A DNA stretch of 58,000 nucleotides. Source: Eledone cirrhosa (Eukaryota). The stretch is taken from contig CAXHJY010001536.1 in NCBI GenBank assembly GCA_964016885.1, forward strand, positions 1 to 58,000. The letters run 5' to 3'. The position numbers and the translations under genes were made by a program. The notes below the pieces were generated by a model. The model had not been told where the DNA came from. It ran no database searches and was given only the letters and a program-made list of their open reading frames with translations. Below, piece after piece: positions 1 through 10,400 of this stretch. How positions within the stretch are numbered: the first letter of the stretch is position 1; every line of letters begins with the position of its first letter.

Positions 1-35
1 CCGACCACGGGCGGCCGGCCCGCGATTGAAAAGGT

Positions 36-102
36 AACTCCGCCGGCAAATCGTCATTTTTGGATTCGTTTTCTTCGAAGCACACCATTCGCCGGCGGAC
101 TT
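36..102. other. Imperfect inverted repeat (potential hairpin/cruciform) present in every monomer; first copy shown
   Basis: aactccgccggcaaatcgt (36-54) pairs with accattcgccggcggactt (84-102) at 16 of 19 positions. This includes a perfect 9-bp core tccgccggc/gccggcgga (39-47/91-99). The loop is 29 nt. Confidence 0.85.
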
Positions 103-3100
103 TGTTGACGTTTAACACGGTTTGGTTCCACAGCCACAACTATTGAATTTACGGAGATATCTTGCTGAAATTCACGCCACACATAGCCAATGAGTGTCTG
201 CACATGTACCAGTAATTACAGATCGATCCGACCACGGGCGGCCGGCCCGCGATTGAAAAGGTAACTCCGCCGGCAAATCGTCATTTTTGGATTCGTTTTC
301 TTCGAAACACACCATTCGCCGGCGGACTTTGTTGACGTTTAACACGGTTTGGTTCCACAGCCACAACTATTGATGTTACGGAGATATCTTGCTGGAATTC
401 ACGCCGCACATAGCCAATGAGTGTCTACACATGTACCAGTAATTACAGATCGATCCGACCACGGGCGGCCGGCCCGCGATTTTAAAGGTAACTCCGCCGG
501 CAAATCGTCATTTTTGGATTCGTTTTCTTCGAAGCACACCATTCGCCGGCGGACTTTGTTGACGTTTAACACGGTTTGGTTCCACAGCCACAACTATTGA
601 TTTTACGGAGATATCTTGCTGAAATTCACGCCGCACATAGCCAATGAGTGTCTGCACATGTACCAGTAATTACAGATCGATCCGACCACGGGCGGCCGGC
701 CCGCGATTGAAAAGGTAACTCCGCCGGCAAATCGTCATTTTTGGATTCGTTTTCTTCGAAGCACACCATTCGCCGGCGGACTTTGTTGACGTTTAACACG
801 GTTTGGTTCCACAGCCACAACTATTGAATTTACGGAGATATCTTGCTGAAATTCACGCCACACATAGCCAATGAGTGTCTGCACATGTACCAGTAATTAC
901 AGATCGATCCGACCACGGGCGGCCGGCCCGCGATTGAAAAGGTAACTCCGCCGGCAAATCGTCATTTTTGGATTCGTTTTCTTCGAAGCACACCATTCGC
1001 CGGCGGACTTTGTTGACGTTTAACACGGTTTGGTTCCACAGCCACAACTATTGATGTTACGGAGATATCTTGCTGGAATTCACGCCGCACATAGCCAATG
1101 AGTGTCTGCACATGTACCAGTAATTACAGATCGATCCGACCACGGGCGGCCGGCCCGCGATTTTAAAGGTAACTCCGCCGGCAAATCGTCATTTTTGGAT
1201 TCGTTTTCTTCGAAGCACACCATTCGCCGGCGGACTTTGTTGACGTTTAACACGGTTTGGTTCCACAGCCACAACTATTGATTTTACGGAGATATCTTGC
1301 TGAAATTCACGCCGCACATAGCCAATGAGTGTCTGCACATGTACCAGTAATTACAGATCGATCCGACCACGGGCGGCCGGCCCGCGATTGAAAAGGTATC
1401 TCCGCCGGCAAATCGTCATTTTTGGATTCGTTTTCTTCGAAGCACACCATTCGCCGGCGGACTTTGTTGACGTTTAACACGGTTTGGTTCCACAGCCACA
1501 ACTATTGAATTTACGGAGATATCTTGCTGAAATTCACGCCGCACATAGCCAATGAGTGTCTGCACATGTACCAGTAATTACAAATCGATCCGACCACGGG
1601 CGGCCGGCCCGCGATTGAAAAGGTAACTCCGCCGGCAAATCGTCATTTTTGGATTCGTTTTCTTCGAAACACACCATTCGCCGGCGGACTTTGTTGACGT
1701 TTAACACGGTTTGGTTCCACAGCCACAACTATTGATGTTACGGAGATATCTTGCTGGAATTCACGCCGCACATAGCCAATGAGTGTCTACACATGTACCA
1801 GTAATTACAGATCGATCCGACCACGGGCGGCCGGCCCGCGATTTTAAAGGTAACTCCGCCGGCAAATCGTCATTTTTGGATTCGTTTTCTTCGAAGCACA
1901 CCATTCGCCGGCGGACTTTGTTGACGTTTAACACGGTTTGGTTCCACAGCCACAACTATTGATTTTACGGAGATATCTTGCTGAAATTCACGCCGCACAT
2001 AGCCAATGAGTGTCTGCACATGTACCAGTAATTACAGATCGATCCGACCACGGGCGGCCGGCCCGCGATTGAAAAGGTAACTCCGCCGGCAAATCGTCAT
2101 TTTTGGATTCGTTTTCTTCGAAGCACACCATTCGCCGGCGGACTTTGTTGACGTTTAACACGGTTTGGTTCCACAGCCACAACTATTGATTTTACGGAGA
2201 TATCTTGCTGAAATTCACGCCACACATAGCCAATGAGTGTCTGCACATATACCAGTAATTACAGATCGATCCGACCACGGGCGGCCGGCCCGCGATTGAA
2301 AAGGTAACTCCGCCGGCAAATCGTCATTTTTGGATTCGTTTTCTTCGAAGCACACCATTCGCCGGCGGACTTTGTTGACGTTTAACACGGTTTGGTTCCA
2401 CAGCCACAACTATTGAATTTACGGAGATATCTTGCTGAAATTCACGCCACACATAGCCAATGAGTGTCTGCACATGTACCAGTAATTACAGATCGATCCG
2501 ACCACGGGCGGCCGGCCCGCGATTGAAAAGGTAACTCCGCCGGCAAATCGTCATTTTTGGATTCGTTTTCTTCGAAACACACCATTCGCCGGCGGACTTT
2601 GTTGACGTTTAACACGGTTTGGTTCCACAGCCACAACTATTGATGTTACGGAGATATCTTGCTGGAATTCACGCCGCACATAGCCAATGAGTGTCTACAC
2701 ATGTACCAGTAATTACAGATCGATCCGACCACGGGCGGCCGGCCCGCGATTTTAAAGGTAACTCCGCCGGCAAATCGTCATTTTTGGATTCGTTTTCTTC
2801 GAAGCACACCATTCGCCGGCGGACTTTGTTGACGTTTAACACGGTTTGGTTCCACAGCCACAACTATTGATTTTACGGAGATATCTTGCTGAAATTCACG
2901 CCGCACATAGCCAATGAGTGTCTGCACATGTACCAGTAATTACAGATCGATCCGACCACGGGCGGCCGGCCCGCGATTGAAAAGGTAACTCCGCCGGCAA
3001 ATCGTCATTTTTGGATTCGTTTTCTTCGAAGCACACCATTCGCCGGCGGACTTTGTTGACGTTTAACACGGTTTGGTTCCACAGCCACAACTATTGAATT

Positions 3101-6100
3101 TACGGAGATATCTTGCTGAAATTCACGCCACACATAGCCAATGAGTGTCTGCACATGTACCAGTAATTACAGATCGATCCGACCACGGGCGGCCGGCCCG
3201 CGATTGAAAAGGTAACTCCGCCGGCAAATCGTCATTTTTGGATTCGTTTTCTTCGAAGCACACCATTCGCCGGCGGACTTTGTTGACGTTTAACACGGTT
3301 TGGTTCCACAGCCACAACTATTGATTTTACGGAGATATCTTGCTGAAATTCACGCCACACATAGCCAATGAGTGTCTGCACATGTACCAGTAATTACAGA
3401 TCGATCCGACCACGGGCGGCCGGCCCGCGATTGAAAAGGTAACTCCGCCGGCAAATCGTCATTTTTGGATTCGTTTTCTTCGAAGCACACCATTCGCCGG
3501 CGGACTTTGTTGACGTTTAACACGGTTTGGTTCCACAGCCACAACTATTGATTTTACGGAGATATCTTGCTGAAATTCACGCCGCACATAGCCAATGAGT
3601 GTCTGCACATGTACCAGTAATTACAGATCGATCCGACCACGGGCGGCCGGCCCGCGATTGAAAAGGTAACTCCGCCGGCAAATCGTCATTTTTGGATTCG
3701 TTTTCATCGAAGCACACCATTCGCCGGCGGACTTTGTTGACGTTTAACACGGTTTGGTTCCACAGCCACAACTATTGAATTTACGGAGATATCTTGCTGA
3801 AATTCACGCCACACATAGCCAATGAGTGTCTGCACATGTACCAGTAATTACAGATCGATCCGACCACGGGCGGCCGGCCCGCGATTGAAAAGGTAACTCC
3901 GCCGGCAAATCGTCATTTTTGGATTCGTTTTCTTCGAAGCACACCATTCGCCGGCGGACTTTGTTGACGTTTAACACGGTTTGGTTCCACAGCCACAACT
4001 ATTGAATTTACGGAGATATCTTGCTGAAATTCACGCCACACATAGCCAATGAGTGTCTGCACATGTACCAGTAATTACAGATCGATCCGACCACGGGCGG
4101 CCGGCCCGCGATTGAAAAGGTAACTCCGCCGGCAAATCGTCATTTTTGGATTCGTTTTCTTCGAAACACACCATTCGCCGGCGGACTTTGTTGACGTTTA
4201 ACACGGTTTGGTTCCACAGCCACAACTATTGATGTTACGGAGATATCTTGCTGGAATTCACGCCGCACATAGCCAATGAGTGTCTACACATGTACCAGTA
4301 ATTACAGATCGATCCGACCACGGGCGGCCGGCCCGCGATTTTAAAGGTAACTCCGCCGGCAAATCGTCATTTTTGGATTCGTTTTCTTCGAAGCACACCA
4401 TTCGCCGGCGGACTTTGTTGACGTTTAACACGGTTTGGTTCCACAGCCACAACTATTGATTTTACGGAGATATCTTGCTGAAATTCACGCCGCACATAGC
4501 CAATGAGTGTCTGCACATGTACCAGTAATTACAGATCGATCCGACCACGGGCGGCCGGCCCGCGATTGAAAAGGTAACTCCGCCGGCAAATCGTCATTTT
4601 TGGATTCGTTTTCTTCGAAGCACACCATTCGCCGGCGGACTTTGTTGACGTTTAACACGGTTTGGTTCCACAGCCACAACTATTGAATTTACGGAGATAT
4701 CTTGCTGAAATTCACGCCACACATAGCCAATGAGTGTCTGCACATGTACCAGTAATTACAGATCGATCCGACCACGGGCGGCCGGCCCGCGATTGAAAAG
4801 GTAACTCCGCCGGCAAATCGTCATTTTTGGATTCGTTTTCTTCGAAGCACACCATTCGCCGGCGGACTTTGTTGACGTTTAACACGGTTTGGTTCCACAG
4901 CCACAACTATTGATTTTACGGAGATATCTTGCTGAAATTCACGCCACACATAGCCAATGAGTGTCTGCACATGTACCAGTAATTACAGATCGATCCGACC
5001 ACGGGCGGCCGGCCCGCGATTGAAAAGGTAACTCCGCCGGCAAATCGTCATTTTTGGATTCGTTTTCTTCGAAGCACACCATTCGCCGGCGGACTTTGTT
5101 GACGTTTAACACGGTTTGGTTCCACAGCCACAACTATTGAATTTACGGAGATATCTTGCTGAAATTCACGCCACACATAGCCAATGAGTGTCTGCACATG
5201 TACCAGTAATTACAGATCGATCCGACCACGGGCGGCCGGCCCGCGATTGAAAAGGTAACTCCGCCGGCAAATCGTCATTTTTGGATTCGTTTTCTTCGAA
5301 GCACACCATTCGCCGGCGGACTTTGTTGACGTTTAACACGGTTTGGTTCCACAGCCACAACTATTGATTTTACGGAGATATCTTGCTGAAATTCACGCCA
5401 CACATAGCCAATGAGTGTCTGCACATGTACCAGTAATTACAGATCGATCCGACCACGGGCGGCCGGCCCGCGATTGAAAAGGTAACTCCGCCGGCAAATC
5501 GTCATTTTTGGATTCGTTTTCTTCGAAGCACACCATTCGCCGGCGGACTTTGTTGACGTTTAACACGGTTTGGTTCCACAGCCACAACTATTGATTTTAC
5601 GGAGATATCTTGCTGAAATTCACGCCGCACATAGCCAATGAGTGTCTGCACATGTACCAGTAATTACAGATCGATCCGACCACGGGCGGCCGGCCCGCGA
5701 TTGAAAAGGTAACTCCGCCGGCAAATCGTCATTTTTGGATTCGTTTTCTTCGAAGCACACCATTCGCCGGCGGACTTTGTTGACGTTTAACACGGTTTGG
5801 TTCCACAGCCACAACTATTGAATTTACGGAGATATCTTGCTGAAATTCACGCCACACATAGCCAATGAGTGTCTGCACATGTACCAGTAATTACAGATCG
5901 ATCCGACCACGGGCGGCCGGCCCGCGATTGAAAAGGTAACTCCGCCGGCAAATCGTCATTTTTGGATTCGTTTTCTTCGAAGCACACCATTCGCCGGCGG
6001 ACTTTGTTGACGTTTAACACGGTTTGGTTCCACAGCCACAACTATTGAATTTACGGAGATATCTTGCTGAAATTCACGCCACACATAGCCAATGAGTGTC

Positions 6101-7443
6101 TGCACATGTACCAGTAATTACAGATCGATCCGACCACGGGCGGCCGGCCCGCGATTGAAAAGGTAACTCCGCCGGCAAATCGTCATTTTTGGATTCGTTT
6201 TCTTCGAAACACACCATTCGCCGGCGGACTTTGTTGACGTTTAACACGGTTTGGTTCCACAGCCACAACTATTGATGTTACGGAGATATCTTGCTGGAAT
6301 TCACGCCGCACATAGCCAATGAGTGTCTACACATGTACCAGTAATTACAGATCGATCCGACCACGGGCGGCCGGCCCGCGATTTTAAAGGTAACTCCGCC
6401 GGCAAATCGTCATTTTTGGATTCGTTTTCTTCGAAGCACACCATTCGCCGGCGGACTTTGTTGACGTTTAACACGGTTTGGTTCCACAGCCACAACTATT
6501 GATTTTACGGAGATATCTTGCTGAAATTCACGCCGCACATAGCCAATGAGTGTCTGCACATGTACCAGTAATTACAGATCGATCCGACCACGGGCGGCCG
6601 GCCCGCGATTGAAAAGGTAACTCCGCCGGCAAATCGTCATTTTTGGATTCGTTTTCTTCGAAGCACACCATTCGCCGGCGGACTTTGTTGACGTTTAACA
6701 CGGTTTGGTTCCACAGCCACAACTATTGAATTTACGGAGATATCTTGCTGAAATTCACGCCACACATAGCCAATGAGTGTCTGCACATGTACCAGTAATT
6801 ACAGATCGATCCGACCACGGGCGGCCGGCCCGCGATTGAAAAGGTAACTCCGCCGGCAAATCGTCATTTTTGGATTCGTTTTCTTCGAAGCACACCATTC
6901 GCCGGCGGACTTTGTTGACGTTTAACACGGTTTGGTTCCACAGCCACAACTATTGATTTTACGGAGATATCTTGCTGAAATTCACGCCACACATAGCCAA
7001 TGAGTGTCTGCACATGTACCAGTAATTACAGATCGATCCGACCACGGGCGGCCGGCCCGCGATTGAAAAGGTAACTCCGCCGGCAAATCGTCATTTTTGG
7101 ATTCGTTTTCTTCGAAGCACACCATTCGCCGGCGGACTTTGTTGACGTTTAACACGGTTTGGTTCCACAGCCACAACTATTGATTTTACGGAGATATCTT
7201 GCTGAAATTCACGCCGCACATAGCCAATGAGTGTCTGCACATGTACCAGTAATTACAGATCGATCCGACCACGGGCGGCCGGCCCGCGATTGAAAAGGTA
7301 ACTCCGCCGGCAAATCGTCATTTTTGGATTCGTTTTCTTCGAAGCACACCATTCGCCGGCGGACTTTGTTGACGTTTAACACGGTTTGGTTCCACAGCCA
7401 CAACTATTGAATTTACGGAGATATCTTGCTGAAATTCACGCCA

Positions 7444-10400
7444 CACATAGCCAATGAGTGTCTGCACATGTACCAGTAATTACAGATCGATCCGACCACG
7501 GGCGGCCGGCCCGCGATTGAAAAGGTAACTCCGCCGGCAAATCGTCATTTTTGGATTCGTTTTCTTCGAAACACACCATTCGCCGGCGGACTTTGTTGAC
7601 GTTTAACACGGTTTGGTTCCACAGCCACAACTATTGATGTTACGGAGATATCTTGCTGGAATTCACGCCGCACATAGCCAATGAGTGTCTACACATGTAC
7701 CAGTAATTACAGATCGATCCGACCACGGGCGGCCGGCCCGCGATTTTAAAGGTAACTCCGCCGGCAAATCGTCATTTTTGGATTCGTTTTCTTCGAAGCA
7801 CACCATTCGCCGGCGGACTTTGTTGACGTTTAACACGGTTTGGTTCCACAGCCACAACTATTGATTTTACGGAGATATCTTGCTGAAATTCACGCCGCAC
7901 ATAGCCAATGAGTGTCTGCACATGTACCAGTAATTACAGATCGATCCGACCACGGGCGGCCGGCCCGCGATTGAAAAGGTAACTCCGCCGGCAAATCGTC
8001 ATTTTTGGATTCGTTTTCTTCGAAGCACACCATTCGCCGGCGGACTTTGTTGACGTTTAACACGGTTTGGTTCCACAGCCACAACTATTGAATTTACGGA
8101 GATATCTTGCTGAAATTCACGCCACACATAGCCAATGAGTGTCTGCACATGTACCAGTAATTACAGATCGATCCGACCACGGGCGGCCGGCCCGCGATTG
8201 AAAAGGTAACTCCGCCGGCAAATCGTCATTTTTGGATTCGTTTTCTTCGAAGCACACCATTCGCCGGCGGACTTTGTTGACGTTTAACACGGTTTGGTTC
8301 CACAGCCACAACTATTGATTTTACGGAGATATCTTGCTGAAATTCACGCCACACATAGCCAATGAGTGTCTGCACATGTACCAGTAATTACAGATCGATC
8401 CGACCACGGGCGGCCGGCCCGCGATTGAAAAGGTAACTCCGCCGGCAAATCGTCATTTTTGGATTCGTTTTCTTCGAAGCACACCATTCGCCGGCGGACT
8501 TTGTTGACGTTTAACACGGTTTGGTTCCACAGCCACAACTATTGATTTTACGGAGATATCTTGCTGAAATTCACGCCGCACATAGCCAATGAGTGTCTGC
8601 ACATGTACCAGTAATTACAGATCGATCCGACCACGGGCGGCCGGCCCGCGATTGAAAAGGTAACTCCGCCGGCAAATCGTCATTTTTGGATTCGTTTTCT
8701 TCGAAACACACCATTCGCCGGCGGACTTTGTTGACGTTTAACACGGTTTGGTTCCACAGCCACAACTATTGATGTTACGGAGATATCTTGCTGGAATTCA
8801 CGCCGCACATAGCCAATGAGTGTCTACACATGTACCAGTAATTACAGATCGATCCGACCACGGGCGGCCGGCCCGCGATTGAAAAGGTAACTCCGCCGGC
8901 AAATCGTCATTTTTGGATTCGTTTTCTTCGAAGCACACCATTCGCCGGCGGACTTTGTTGACGTTTAACACGGTTTGGTTCCACAGCCACAACTATTGAA
9001 TTTACGGAGATATCTTGCTGAAATTCACGCCACACATAGCCAATGAGTGTCTGCACATGTACCAGTAATTACAGATCGATCCGACCACGGGCGGCCGGCC
9101 CGCGATTGAAAAGGTAACTCCGCCGGCAAATCGTCATTTTTGGATTCGTTTTCTTCGAAACACACCATTCGCCGGCGGACTTTGTTGACGTTTAACACGG
9201 TTTGGTTCCACAGCCACAACTATTGATGTTACGGAGATATCTTGCTGGAATTCACGCCGCACATAGCCAATGAGTGTCTACACATGTACCAGTAATTACA
9301 GATCGATCCGACCACGGGCGGCCGGCCCGCGATTTTAAAGGTAACTCCGCCGGCAAATCGTCATTTTTGGATTCGTTTTCTTCGAAGCACACCATTCGCC
9401 GGCGGACTTTGTTGACGTTTAACACGGTTTGGTTCCACAGCCACAACTATTGATTTTACGGAGATATTTTGCTGAAATTCACGCCGCACATAGCCAATGA
9501 GTGTCTGCACATGTACCAGTAATTACAGATCGATCCGACCACGGGCGGCCGGCCCGCGATTGAAAAGGTAACTCCGCCGGCAAATCGTCATTTTTGGATT
9601 CGTTTTCTTCGAAGCACACCATTCGCCGGCGGACTTTGTTGACGTTTAACACGGTTTGGTTCCACAGCCACAACTATTGAATTTACGGAGATATCTTGCT
9701 GAAATTCACGCCACACATAGCCAATGAGTGTCTGCACATGTACCAGTAATTACAGATCGATCCGACCACGGGCGGCCGGCCCGCGATTGAAAAGGTAACT
9801 CCGCCGGCAAATCGTCATTTTTGGATTCGTTTTCTTCGAAGCACACCATTCGCCGGCGGACTTTGTTGACGTTTAACACGGTTTGGTTCCACAGCCACAA
9901 CTATTGATTTTACGGAGATATCTTGCTGAAATTCACGCCACACATAGCCAATGAGTGTCTGCACATGTACCAGTAATTACAGATCGATCCGACCACGGGC
10001 GGCCGGCCCGCGATTGAAAAGGTAACTCCGCCGGCAAATCGTCATTTTTGGATTCGTTTTCTTCGAAGCACACCATTCGCCGGCGGACTTTGTTGACGTT
10101 TAACACGGTTTGGTTCCACAGCCACAACTATTGATTTTACGGAGATATCTTGCTGAAATTCACGCCGCACATAGCCAATGAGTGTCTGCACATGTACCAG
10201 TAATTACAGATCGATCCGACCACGGGCGGCCGGCCCGCGATTGAAAAGGTAACTCCGCCGGCAAATCGTCATTTTTGGATTCGTTTTCTTCGAAACACAC
10301 CATTCGCCGGCGGACTTTGTTGACGTTTAACACGGTTTGGTTCCACAGCCACAACTATTGATGTTACGGAGATATCTTGCTGGAATTCACGCCGCACATA

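Noticed and set aside
13-48. HDV-like ribozyme: GGCCGGC...GCCGGC resembles the HDV genomic P1 helix with similar spacing
   Set aside because: There is no P3/L3 with the CC needed for P1.1, no GG after P1', and no P2 partner on either strand.
64-80. CENP-B box-like motif (aTTCGttttcttCGaag)
   Set aside because: Only 6 of the 9 essential positions (TTCG....A..CGGG) match. The A and the final GG are missing.
191-200. TGAGTGTCT(A) similarity to the Euglena spliced leader
   Set aside because: The match is only 9-10 nt, lacks the following T-tract and donor site, and is expected by chance.
1-227. 5S rRNA, tRNA or U snRNA gene tandem array
   Set aside because: I found no recognisable 5S sequence or internal control boxes, no tRNA cloverleaf or GTTCRA T-loop in a proper stem context, and no U1-U6 similarity on either strand. 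An Rfam scan would be the definitive test.
160-310. Hammerhead ribozyme / retrozyme-type satellite (ccaatgag and cgaaac resemble CTGATGAG and CGAAAC)
   Set aside because: No intact CTGANGA core exists on either strand, GAAAC occurs only in a minority variant, and the flanking helices are not formed.
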